NCBI RefSeq assembly: GCF_000354175.2
Contig: NC_022359.1
Span: forward strand, 1,290,001-1,322,000
Length of the DNA stretch: 32,000 nt
Direction: 5' to 3'
Origin: Vibrio alginolyticus NBRC 15630 = ATCC 17749
GTDB lineage: Bacteria > Pseudomonadota > Gammaproteobacteria > Enterobacterales > Vibrionaceae
The notes beneath the pieces were generated by a model. That model saw nothing but the letters and a program-made list of their open reading frames with translations. It ran no database searches and was not told the origin of the DNA. Below, piece after piece: positions 16,916 through 25,894 of this stretch (the stretch's first letter is position 1; every line of letters starts with the position of its first letter). Made by a program: the position numbers and the translations under genes.

Positions 16916-19371
16916 TGTCTGCAGTATCATCAAGTGAAGCAACATCCACAGAACAAAACAGTACAACACAGCACTCGCCGAATAAAAGTTTGATACGTTG
17001 GAGTTTCGGCGAATTAAGGCAGGGGAACCTTTGGCCTATTAGCGTTGCTCTTATTCTCGTGATTGCGAGTATCTTTGCGCTTTCTGCATTAGCAGAACGA
17101 ATGGAGCAGGTGATCGTCAAGCAGGGGAAGGATGCATTAACGGCAGATGCGGTGTTTGTGTCTGCTAATCCCATTCCGGACACGTTGTTAACCTCGACTG
17201 AAAACCTTGAACGTTCGATGATGACGCGATTTGCCACTATGGCATTTAGCGATAATGGTATGCAGCTTATTTCTGTAAGGGCGGTGGATGATAATTACCC
17301 TTTAATGGGAGAGCTCGTTCTTGAAAATAATCCGGCCGGTCGCGTTAAAGAGAACCAACTCTGGCTTGATGAGCGGATTATGACTCAACTAAACGTAAAC
17401 TCAGGTGACAGCGTCACGATAGGCGATGCCGAGTTTACTGTATCAGGCGCAGTATTGATGGAACCTGGCTTGAGCTTTAATCCATTTCAGCAAATGCCTT
17501 CTGCATACATTCATCAAAGTGACGTAGATAAAACAGGAGCAATTCAAGTTGGGAGCCGAGTTCAATACCGTCTGTTTTTACAAGCCGATGATAAAACACT
17601 AAAGAGCTTACAAAATGATACGCAGCTTTCTCCGAGCGATCGCTGGCGCACGCAAGATACTGCCAGTCGTAGTAATGAGGTTTTTGAACGCACGACGCAG
17701 TATCTGTCGTTGACCGTAGCGATTGTCATCATTATGGCAGCGACAACATTGGTTCTTACTTGTCAAAATTACGTGAACAGCCGGACACAAACTATCGCGA
17801 TGTTGAAAAGTCTTGGTGCGAGCCGCCGATGGATTGAAAAGTGGTTATTTATTCAAGTCACAATCCTTCTCATTAGTGCCAGTGTCGTCGGTCTATTGTT
17901 AGGGAGCGGGCTGGAATATTTATTACGTATTCCACTCAAAGACTTATTACCCGACCCACTCCCTAGTTACGGCGTCACACCATTTTTGGTGGCATTTATC
18001 TCAGCAGTCTTGATTACGGTGCCTGCTCTCGGTATACCACTTTTAGGCTTGATTAAAACTCCCGCGTTAGAAGTGCTACAGCAGGGTAAAGCGCAACGTT
18101 CTTGGAAGCGAATGTTACTTGTTCTAGTGCCCGTTATTCCATTACTTTTACTGTATGCTGATAACACCTTAGTTTGGATCGTGCTCACTGGTATAGCGGT
18201 ACTGTTTGTGGTACTCGCAGCAGTTAGCGTCACACTCACAAAGCTGTTTGCACGTGTGTCAACCCATCCTGCAATGAAGCTTGCGTTGAGTCGTATCAAC
18301 CGGACGCCAGTAACCAGCGGCCTACAGTTTGGTGCTTTGGCATTATCTTTGATGTTGCTGTCTATCATTTGGCTTGTGCGCAGCGATATTCTCGCGGATT
18401 GGGAGAGAACCTTACCTGCAGACGCGCCAAATGTGTTCGCTTTGAACATTGGTGATTATGAGCTCGATAACTACCTAGAAACCCTAGATAAAAATGGAGT
18501 TACGCGGTCACAAGCTTATCCAATAATTCGTGGACGACTAACAGAGATTAACGGTCAAAACGTCAAAGAGATTGATTACGAAGGAGAAGGTTCTGACGCG
18601 ATACGTCGAGAGCTAAACCTGACATGGGGAGATACCCTACCAGAATATAATGATGTGCTTTCGGGTGAATGGACAAACAAAGGGAGTGTATCTGTAGAAG
18701 CGGATGTAGCAAATGACTTAGGCATAAAACTCGGTGATACGCTGCGCTTTGTAATAAACAGCCAGAATTACGATGCATTAGTAGATACCATCCGTTATGT
18801 CGAATGGCGTGACATGAAGCCTAACTTTTATTTTATTTTCTCATCTGACGTGATGGCTAATTTACCTGGTTCTTACCTCATCAGTTATAGGATTGAAGAA
18901 GGAAATGAAGCGTTGTTGACGTCAATGTCACGTGCTCACCCAACGGTCTCTGTTTTAGATATCCGAACTATGGGCGAGAAAATTCAGGCTTTGATTCAGC
19001 AAATCGTATCAGCAATCACCATCCTTGCTCTTTTAGGCGTTGTTGCTGGTCTGCTGCTCATCTTTACGCTACTGAGGTTAAGCTTGTCCCAACGCCAACA
19101 AGAGATTCGTTTGTATCGCACATTAGGTTCAAGTAAGAAACGGATCAACACAACCCTGTGGGCCGAGTACGGAATTATGGCGTTGATTGCTAGTGGTGTT
19201 GCGGTATTCGCTGCGGAAGTTTGTGTGGCCGCAGTCATGACATATGGATTCGATCTCAATGCACAAATTCACCCCGAATTGTGGATAGCTTTACCGCTTG
19301 CAACATTTGTTACGTTGGCACTTGTAGTGATGAGTTTGTTGAAAAGATTGTTAACGCCAGTAAACACTTAA
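16915..19371 (+). CDS. ybbP: ABC transporter permease YbbP (duplicated FtsX-type domain)
   Basis: 818 aa. Two blocks of FtsX-like TM helices are separated by large soluble domains. TAATG stop/start overlap with ybbA, preceded by AAGGAGGAG. The tesA / ybbA-ybbP neighbourhood is as in E. coli. Confidence 0.85.
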   Translation: MSAVSSSEATSTEQNSTTQHSPNKSLIRWSFGELRQGNLWPISVALILVIASIFALSALAERMEQVIVKQGKDALTADAVFVSANPIPDTLLTSTENLERSMMTRFATMAFSDNGMQLISVRAVDDNYPLMGELVLENNPAGRVKENQLWLDERIMTQLNVNSGDSVTIGDAEFTVSGAVLMEPGLSFNPFQQMPSAYIHQSDVDKTGAIQVGSRVQYRLFLQADDKTLKSLQNDTQLSPSDRWRTQDTASRSNEVFERTTQYLSLTVAIVIIMAATTLVLTCQNYVNSRTQTIAMLKSLGASRRWIEKWLFIQVTILLISASVVGLLLGSGLEYLLRIPLKDLLPDPLPSYGVTPFLVAFISAVLITVPALGIPLLGLIKTPALEVLQQGKAQRSWKRMLLVLVPVIPLLLLYADNTLVWIVLTGIAVLFVVLAAVSVTLTKLFARVSTHPAMKLALSRINRTPVTSGLQFGALALSLMLLSIIWLVRSDILADWERTLPADAPNVFALNIGDYELDNYLETLDKNGVTRSQAYPIIRGRLTEINGQNVKEIDYEGEGSDAIRRELNLTWGDTLPEYNDVLSGEWTNKGSVSVEADVANDLGIKLGDTLRFVINSQNYDALVDTIRYVEWRDMKPNFYFIFSSDVMANLPGSYLISYRIEEGNEALLTSMSRAHPTVSVLDIRTMGEKIQALIQQIVSAITILALLGVVAGLLLIFTLLRLSLSQRQQEIRLYRTLGSSKKRINTTLWAEYGIMALIASGVAVFAAEVCVAAVMTYGFDLNAQIHPELWIALPLATFVTLALVVMSLLKRLLTPVNT

Positions 19372-19421
19372 TCGCAGCGAGTGTTATCAAGTTTGGAACA
19401 CTCCATGACACTTTTATTTTA

Positions 19422-19459
19422 GTTATCCACAAAAACAGTGGATAACTTTTGGGATAACT
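19422..19459. promoter_or_regulatory. DnaA-box cluster / inverted repeat (alternatively the ybbP intrinsic terminator)
   Basis: TTATCCACA (exact DnaA R-box consensus) at 19423..19431 on plus. TTATCCACT on minus at 19437..19445. TTATCCCAA on minus at 19449..19457. The first two form GTTATCCAC-N7-GTGGATAAC followed by TTTT. Confidence 0.4.
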
Positions 19460-19723
19460 AAATGGGGTAAAAAGTGGGGTGTTTCTGCAGGCTTTGCGCC
19501 ATGGGTCTTACAGTGAAATTCTTATTCACATAGACACAAAAAAGTGTCTTCTTAACCATGTCGTCAAGTACTTTTTCGCAAATTTTTTCTACTTTAATGC
19601 ACTTTACTGGCGCTGTTGGATATTTCGCAAACCCATGAACTTTTTGTGATTTTAATCAAGTCCAAACACGAGTAGAATCCACCGTTAGTAAAGAATTTTC
19701 CTTATAAAATTTTTAGTGAAGCA

Positions 19724-21163
19724 ATGAAGTCTGAGTTTCCAAGTTATAAAGATAAGCATATCGCTGTTGTTGGTGGCGGTGTAGCAGGTGCAACAGCAGC
19801 AATTCATTTTGCGGAGCTGGGTTTTAAAGTTTCCGTAATAGAGAAGGGCGTATCACTAGTAAATGGTCCACCCATTTGTCATTTGCATGCTGGTGGTAAT
19901 TTATATCGAGAGATTTCCGAGCAACAATGCTTAGACTTGTTAGCACAATCTATTGATACTGTTCGCCTGTATCCGCTTTCACTGAATATTCGTCCGACAA
20001 TCATCGCGGTTCCTCATTCCGATGGTGGAGACCCATCCACACTAATTCCGCGATTAGAGGTTGTGAAAAGTGCTTATCAAACGCTCGTTGATAAAGATGA
20101 GAGTAATAAAGTGCTCGGCGAACCAAGCGAATACTACAAACTGTATTCAAAAGCGGAGCTAGAAGCTCTCGCGCAACGTACTCAACCAAGTCATCCTACA
20201 AACTTCGATGAGTGGTGTATTCCTTTTGCTCAACATGCTGATCTTGAAGCGCTAAAGTATCCTGTTGTCGCAGTTCAAGAATATGGTTGGAGTGTTTTTC
20301 GCCTCGCTGCAATTGCCAACTTAACACTAGATACGCTTCCTAATGCTTCGGTCTTCACACAAGCAACGTTTAAGCAAGCCGATTGGATGGGGGAACACTG
20401 GCAACTTGGCTATGAACGTGAAGGTATCGATTACCTTATGACATGCGACTACTTGGTTAACGCGTGTGGCTTTGAAACAGGCTCAATTGACAACACAGTT
20501 GGTGCCAAGCGAGACAGGTTGGTGGAGTTTAAAGCCGCTTACGTTACGAGGTGGGCAGACTGTCAACAACAATGGCCAGAAGTTATTTTTCATGGCCCGC
20601 GTGGAACCGATAAAGGAATGGCTCAATTGACGCCTTATGGCGATGGTTACTTTCAACTTCATGGTATGACAAAAGGAATCACGCTGTTTGAAGATGGTTT
20701 AGTGGAGAGCACGAACTCATCTGCTCAACCTGAACTGCCTATGCCTTTACTCTCGAAGATCCGTAACGGCTGGAGAGAAGAAGTGTTAGAAGAGCGAACG
20801 AACAACGCCATCAAACACATGGCACAGTTCATTCCCGACTATCACTCTGCTGTAAAAGGAGGAAAAGCATTATTTGGCGCTCAGCAAATTCCCGGCACAG
20901 ATCCAGTACTCAGAGCGGCAGATGTGACTTTTGAAGATAACCACTACGCGAGAATAGAGGTGGTAAAAGCGTCATCGACACTACTCGCAGCGCAAAAAAT
21001 GCTTCAATTCTGGTTTGACATCGATCCTAACCAAAATGTGGAAACACAGCATCCGGTCGCTGTAAAGTGGTCTGAACAAGAGGTCGAGCAGTACGCGATT
21101 AAACTCACTCAAGAGCGAGGCTATCCACAAGCTTTAGCAGTGCGTTATGGTATGCCTGCATAA
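19724..21163 (+). CDS. FAD-dependent oxidoreductase, substrate unknown
   Basis: N-terminal dinucleotide-binding fold KHIAVVGGGVAGATAAIHFAELGFKVSVIEKG (GxGxxG followed by an acidic residue at the end of strand 2). 479 aa. I recognise no further diagnostic motif. Confidence 0.7.
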   Translation: MKSEFPSYKDKHIAVVGGGVAGATAAIHFAELGFKVSVIEKGVSLVNGPPICHLHAGGNLYREISEQQCLDLLAQSIDTVRLYPLSLNIRPTIIAVPHSDGGDPSTLIPRLEVVKSAYQTLVDKDESNKVLGEPSEYYKLYSKAELEALAQRTQPSHPTNFDEWCIPFAQHADLEALKYPVVAVQEYGWSVFRLAAIANLTLDTLPNASVFTQATFKQADWMGEHWQLGYEREGIDYLMTCDYLVNACGFETGSIDNTVGAKRDRLVEFKAAYVTRWADCQQQWPEVIFHGPRGTDKGMAQLTPYGDGYFQLHGMTKGITLFEDGLVESTNSSAQPELPMPLLSKIRNGWREEVLEERTNNAIKHMAQFIPDYHSAVKGGKALFGAQQIPGTDPVLRAADVTFEDNHYARIEVVKASSTLLAAQKMLQFWFDIDPNQNVETQHPVAVKWSEQEVEQYAIKLTQERGYPQALAVRYGMPA

Positions 21164-21191
21164 TCGGCTGTGTTTGGGCTCAGTGGTTGTA

Positions 21192-22127
21192 TTAATACCC
21201 AAAAAACTGAGCCCATTGGCACCATACTTCTTGCAAGCCTAGTCTATCTCCTTTCACAAAATTGACTTTTTGTCCGGGTTTCGCCTGTGCCAGTCTAGGT
21301 AAGTCAATACGAGCTACGCAGCCAAATTTAGGATACCCGCCAATAGTCTGGTGATCGTTGAGCAGCACAATAGGGTTACCATCGCTAGGTACTTGAATTG
21401 AACCTAATGCAATTCCCTCTGATAGGACGCCTTCGTAAGGTGGACGAATGTTATTGCCCTCAAGACGGTAGCCCATGCGATTCGAATTGGGGGAGATGAT
21501 GAATGCTTTGTTGTAAAATGCTTGGCGAGTGTCTTCATCAAAGTCCTCGTTCTGATAGCCTTCAATCACTCTCAACTTAATGGGTAAGTTGTAATCTGGC
21601 TTAAAGCGAAACGTCATTTGCCTTGGTTTACGTTTAGGTAAGTTATGAGGGACAAAGGGAAGAATATCGCCAGCTTTCAAAGCGCCACCATTTGAATCAT
21701 AACCACCTAGAGATTCTCGCAAGACGGTCGATGCGCTTCCTAAGTGCTGAGCAACATTGAACCCACCTTTAACCGCTAGGTAGGAGCGAAGTCCATTCCT
21801 TGCGACTCCGAACTGAAGCTTCTGTCCTTTTTTCAACGTAAAGTCAGACCAATTTGAAATAGGTTCACCATCTATTTTTGCATTTAAATCACCGCCACAT
21901 ATAGCAAGGTGGCAGTTATGCAATGCAATAAAACAAGCGTTACCCAGAGTAATTTCAATTGCAACGCAATTGACTACGTTACCAAGCAAATGGTTGGCCC
22001 AACTGTAAGCATAGTCGTCGACCGGGCCACCTTGAGTCACACCGACATGCGCTAAGCCAAAACGACCAAAGTCTTGAACTAAAGAGAGCGGTCCTGGCTT
22101 TTCCACCAGTAATCCACCGTAACTCAT
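21192..22127 (-). CDS. pxpC: 5-oxoprolinase subunit C (PxpC; allophanate-hydrolase-subunit-2/KipA family)
   Basis: 311 aa. Last gene of a tightly coupled A-B-C set. The start shares an ATGA overlap with the pxpB stop. The sequence has the KipA/YbgK family character (…GGYPK…). Confidence 0.8.
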   Translation of the reverse strand: MSYGGLLVEKPGPLSLVQDFGRFGLAHVGVTQGGPVDDYAYSWANHLLGNVVNCVAIEITLGNACFIALHNCHLAICGGDLNAKIDGEPISNWSDFTLKKGQKLQFGVARNGLRSYLAVKGGFNVAQHLGSASTVLRESLGGYDSNGGALKAGDILPFVPHNLPKRKPRQMTFRFKPDYNLPIKLRVIEGYQNEDFDEDTRQAFYNKAFIISPNSNRMGYRLEGNNIRPPYEGVLSEGIALGSIQVPSDGNPIVLLNDHQTIGGYPKFGCVARIDLPRLAQAKPGQKVNFVKGDRLGLQEVWCQWAQFFGY

Positions 22128-22807
22128 AGTACGCCTCCTAAATCGATAAACTCTTGTTTTGAAATAGCATTAAAGGTGACCTTGTCACCCACTTCAAACG
22201 GTATAAAAGGAGGAGAGTCGGAGAAGAGCGCAAGCGGGCTTTTACCAATAATGTTCCATCCGCCAGGACTATCTGATGGATAGACGGCCGTTTTAGAGTC
22301 TGCGATTCCTACACTTCCGGCCGGCACTTGAGTTCTTGGTGTGGCAAGCCTTGCCATGTGCAATTGAGTATCAACGTCAGAGAGAAATGCAAAGCCTGGA
22401 GCAAAGCCAATTGCAGAAACCGCGTACTCGGTTTTCGTATGCAGGGTAATAAGATCGTCTAATGACAGACCTCGCTTTTGAAAACGAGATAGATCTAACG
22501 CGGTTTCTTCAGAGTAATATACAGGGATAGTAATGTGATTCGGCTGGGAAAGCTTAAGTGATTGAGTATCAAACTGGCTCACGATTTGTTGCAGCTCATT
22601 GACTAAGTTCTTTTCGTTGATTCGAAAAGGTAAGTAATCAATGAGAATAGTTTGATAGGAGGGGACAACGTTCATAACAATTGAAGCGAAAGTTTCTCTT
22701 ATGCTGCGAGCAAGCTCTCCGACTGCATTTTCAGAAATACTCTCATCAAACTTAATGAAAATACTGCACTCGGAGATCAAAGAGATATTAAATTTCTCTT
22801 TATGCAT
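22124..22807 (-). CDS. pxpB: 5-oxoprolinase subunit B (PxpB; allophanate-hydrolase-subunit-1/KipI family)
   Basis: 227 aa, lying between the LamB/YcsF-type and KipA-type genes. The GFAPGFAFL and TPRTQVPAGSVGIA blocks are typical of KipI/YbgJ. TAATG overlap with the pxpA stop. Confidence 0.8.
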   Translation of the reverse strand: MHKEKFNISLISECSIFIKFDESISENAVGELARSIRETFASIVMNVVPSYQTILIDYLPFRINEKNLVNELQQIVSQFDTQSLKLSQPNHITIPVYYSEETALDLSRFQKRGLSLDDLITLHTKTEYAVSAIGFAPGFAFLSDVDTQLHMARLATPRTQVPAGSVGIADSKTAVYPSDSPGGWNIIGKSPLALFSDSPPFIPFEVGDKVTFNAISKQEFIDLGGVL

Positions 22808-23562
22808 TAATTTCCTCCAGCGTATAGGCTTTGGCGGATCTTTTGGATCAGCGCGATCGACTCTTCATTGTCACCATGAACACAAATTGTGTCGGCTTCC
22901 AATAATATGTAACCGCCTGAAGCGGTTTTGACACGCCCAGAGTCAGCTAAGGTCCGGACTTGCTCAAGTATCGCGTGCTCGCTTTTTAACACGGCATTGG
23001 GCTGTGTTCTAGGAGTCAGTAAGCCGTCATCTTGGTATAAACGATCTGCAAATGCTTCAAATAGCAAGGGAACATCATAATCGTCTGCGATTTCTAAGTA
23101 TTTTTCGTTTTCCTGTGAAGCTAGGATCATTAACGGTACTTTGAACAGTGCTGCCGCCTTTACTACCGCTCTAAATATCGCATCACTTTTCATCATGTCG
23201 TTGTATAGAGCGCCATGAGGTTTTATGTAACTGATGTCTGTGTATTGCGCCCGGCATAATGCTTGTAAAGCACCAACCTGATATATAACCATGTTCGTAA
23301 TTTCATCACCCGTCATGCTTATGCTTCGTCTGCCAAAGCCTTGTAGGTCGGCGTAACCTGGATGTGCGCCAATATCAACATCGTTGTCATTCGCTAGGGT
23401 GATAGTGTCGTGCATGACATTAGGGTCGGAGGCATGAAAACCACACGCGATGTTCGCCATATCAACATGGGGCATCACGTCTTCATCTGCGCCCATACTC
23501 CAAGAGCCAAAGCTCTCGCCCATATCACAGTTCAATGTAAGTTGCTGTTTATTCAATGTCAT
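22807..23562 (-). CDS. pxpA: 5-oxoprolinase subunit A (PxpA; LamB/YcsF family)
   Basis: LNCDMGESFG...ANIACGFHASDPNVM...IGAHPGY...IKPHGALYN...FADR...ICVHGD parallels E. coli YbgL/PxpA (DLGEG...ANIACGFHAGDAQIM...IGAHPSF...VKPHGMLYN...VCLHGD). Confidence 0.9.
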   Translation of the reverse strand: MTLNKQQLTLNCDMGESFGSWSMGADEDVMPHVDMANIACGFHASDPNVMHDTITLANDNDVDIGAHPGYADLQGFGRRSISMTGDEITNMVIYQVGALQALCRAQYTDISYIKPHGALYNDMMKSDAIFRAVVKAAALFKVPLMILASQENEKYLEIADDYDVPLLFEAFADRLYQDDGLLTPRTQPNAVLKSEHAILEQVRTLADSGRVKTASGGYILLEADTICVHGDNEESIALIQKIRQSLYAGGN

Positions 23563-23881
23563 ACGTTTTATTTCTACACAAGCAATGGGTTTACGATGCA
23601 GGAAAATGCATCTAGGTTCAGTGACTCACTTCATTCTTCTATCATGAAAACGAAGCTTTTTGAGCAGATAGCTGACGAAAAAGATCACGTTAGTCCATAA
23701 AGATGTTGCCGTTATTTGAGTTGATCCGAATTTTAAGGTATTTCGTTTCTTTTCCATCCAATTTTTGAGAATTTAAGGTTATTTTGCATTAGCATCGTGT
23801 TAATCTTGTCGCCCTTCATGGGTGATAGATTGCATAATGGTTCTTCTGTCATTTTTGTGGTTGTCTGCGACAGGAATATAT

Positions 23882-25840
23882 ATGTCATTACGAGCGAAGC
23901 TTATTTGGCCTCTTCTGGTCTTTTTAACGGCTATCTTTGTTATCTCAAAAGGTTACACCTCGTATACTGTATACCAATCGTCTAAGCATGAACTGGTCGA
24001 GCAGACAAGAAAGCTGATTAACAATGTTTCTTTCTCAATTAAAGATGCGCTGACAACAAAGGACAAGCAAAAAGCTCAAACTATTCTCGCCAACTTTTTA
24101 AACCAGCCAAATGTAACGCGGGTCAAACTTTATGACCAAGATGACCAACCATTCGCTGTTATGGAGATAAGTGGGGCACTAGCACCCGTTCCAAGTCAAA
24201 CCGAAAGAAGTAGGTTGCACGCTCTAGGCTATGCCTTATCAACCAAATTTCTTTATGTTCTAGAGCCGATTATCCATGATGGCTATGTCATTGGTAGCAT
24301 GAGAGTTACGCTTTCTCATCGCCCAATTGTAGAAGCCATACAATCTTTACTTCAAGATGGCGCTTTACTTCTTCTGTTTCTTATCGCTGGTGGCACTGTT
24401 TTTTACATAAGTATCGAGAGGCTTGTTCTCAAGCCCGTGATGGAACTCAACCGCGTAATAGAGAATGTGACACACGGACGAAACACGGAACATCAAGCTC
24501 GCTATTACGCCAAGGATGAAATTGGAGACCTCGCGAGCTCTTTCAATCAAATGATGAATAGGTTAACAGTACGTGAGAAGCAGCGGCAACATTCGCTAGA
24601 CACACTAGAACAAAAGCGCGCATTTTCAGAAGAGGTTATCGAATCTGTTCAGCATGCATTAGTTATTACAGACAATTCCGGACGTGTTATTCATTGTAAT
24701 ACGGCGACCCAGCAAATATTTCAAAAAAAATTAGATGAACTTAAATATGCCAATATTCGTGATCTAATTAAAACCAAAACACCGAATGAGCTGAGTCAGA
24801 TCCTGAGTCGAGGCCTAGAGTGCGATGATATTCACCTCAAAAATGCAGATAACGAACAGCAGTTGAGCCTAACCAGTCGTCGCCTCTCGACACATGAATA
24901 CTTACTGTTTTCGATTCAAGATATCACCGAAATTGAAGAAGCCATAAACCGGCAACGTGTTGCGGGACGTGTTTTTGAAAGCAGCCAAGATGGTCTCATT
25001 GTTCTTAATCATCGCGGTGTCATTACGATGGCAAACCCTGCCGTCACTAAGTTAGTCGGCTTAGAGGTGGATCAGCTTATTGGGAAGTCATTCATCCAAA
25101 CGCTAAAGTGGCGCAAGTTACAGGAAATGATGCCTAGTATCATCGAGTCGATAGAAAATTATGGCGTTTGGCAAGGTGAAGTTATCGAGAAGAACCATAT
25201 TGGTCAGTTTGTACCGATGTTTGCTCGAGTCAATCGTATCGTTAAGTGTGAAGACTATGGTTTCTATGATCTGGTTATTGTTCTTACCGACCTTTCCGGC
25301 GCAAAAGAGATGGAACGATTAGAGCATTTAGCTCATCACGATGCTTTAACGGGGTTAGCCAATCGATCTAAGTTCCATTTAGAGTTGGAACAACTAGTAC
25401 AACGCTCTGGATACTTGCGTGACGAATTTGCAGTTTTGTACCTCGATCTGGATGGATTTAAAGAAGTTAACGATACCTACGGTCATGATGCAGGTGATGA
25501 AGTTTTGAAAAAAGTTTCCGAGCGTCTAACATCTGCGACGAGACATAGTGATTTAATCGCAAGACTTTCTGGTGATGAATTTGTCATGTTGGTTAATCCC
25601 GCCAATCAAAAAGTGGTCACCCGAATAGCAGAACAGTTGCTCGAGAGCATATGTGCTCCAATTGAGTACAAAGGTCACTTACTCAAAGTTGGCGTTAGTA
25701 TCGGCGTAAAATTAGTCGGCGTAAATGAGCGCGATGCTACTCGAGTTTTAAAAAGTGCGGATACGGCAATGTATCAAGCAAAGAAAGCCGGAAAAGGCCA
25801 AGCAATATTAATGGGATGCGAATTACAAGAGACAGTTTAA
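23882..25840 (+). CDS. Membrane-bound diguanylate cyclase: periplasmic sensor - HAMP - PAS - PAS - GGDEF (SGDEF variant with RxxD I-site)
   Basis: The GGDEF domain has RHSD-LIARL-SGDEF (25541..25582) and the upstream blocks HDALTGLANR and DLDGFKEVNDTYGHDAGD. I prefer ATG 23882 (AGGAA 6 nt upstream; MSLRAKLIWPLLVFLTAIFVI = TM1). The track start GTG 23822 or ATG 23837 is possible. Confidence 0.85.
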   Translation: MSLRAKLIWPLLVFLTAIFVISKGYTSYTVYQSSKHELVEQTRKLINNVSFSIKDALTTKDKQKAQTILANFLNQPNVTRVKLYDQDDQPFAVMEISGALAPVPSQTERSRLHALGYALSTKFLYVLEPIIHDGYVIGSMRVTLSHRPIVEAIQSLLQDGALLLLFLIAGGTVFYISIERLVLKPVMELNRVIENVTHGRNTEHQARYYAKDEIGDLASSFNQMMNRLTVREKQRQHSLDTLEQKRAFSEEVIESVQHALVITDNSGRVIHCNTATQQIFQKKLDELKYANIRDLIKTKTPNELSQILSRGLECDDIHLKNADNEQQLSLTSRRLSTHEYLLFSIQDITEIEEAINRQRVAGRVFESSQDGLIVLNHRGVITMANPAVTKLVGLEVDQLIGKSFIQTLKWRKLQEMMPSIIESIENYGVWQGEVIEKNHIGQFVPMFARVNRIVKCEDYGFYDLVIVLTDLSGAKEMERLEHLAHHDALTGLANRSKFHLELEQLVQRSGYLRDEFAVLYLDLDGFKEVNDTYGHDAGDEVLKKVSERLTSATRHSDLIARLSGDEFVMLVNPANQKVVTRIAEQLLESICAPIEYKGHLLKVGVSIGVKLVGVNERDATRVLKSADTAMYQAKKAGKGQAILMGCELQETV

Positions 25841-25894
25841 ATCGTAACGTCAAAGCTTTAAACTAACCCAATTCGCGTCAGAAGGAATAATAAA

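Noticed and set aside
19221-19445. 74-aa plus-strand ORF bridging the ybbP 3' end and the downstream spacer
   Set aside because: It is out of frame with ybbP for most of its length, has no RBS, and its product is low-complexity. Its end coincides with the hairpin, so it is most likely a chance ORF.
19372-19459. Idea that the DnaA-box region is the Vibrio crtS site (the chromosome-1 locus that licenses chromosome-2 replication)
   Set aside because: crtS is reported to contain a DnaA box. As far as I recall it lies in a different neighbourhood in V. cholerae (between VC0764 and VC0765, near der/xseA). I cannot recall its sequence well enough to compare. There is no positive evidence here, so I list it only as something an alignment to published crtS could test.
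21173-21215. 9-bp inverted repeat spanning the pxpC stop codon, considered as a terminator for the convergent pair
   Set aside because: It has a 21-nt loop and no U-tract on either strand, and half of it is constrained coding sequence (…WAQFFGY). It cannot be called a terminator from sequence alone, so it is mentioned only under the oxidoreductase finding.
23563-23881. Possible small genes or RNA in the 319-nt pxpA / diguanylate-cyclase divergent spacer (for example the 18-codon MKTKLFEQIADEKDHVSP, the dyad GATGCA-N6-TGCATC at about 23602..23619, and the track ORFs 23410..23700 and 23797..23985)
   Set aside because: The ORFs lack RBSs and overlap promoter-like AT-rich sequence or the pxpA 5' end. 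The 6-bp dyad is short enough to be chance. Nothing is distinctive enough to call without expression or conservation data.
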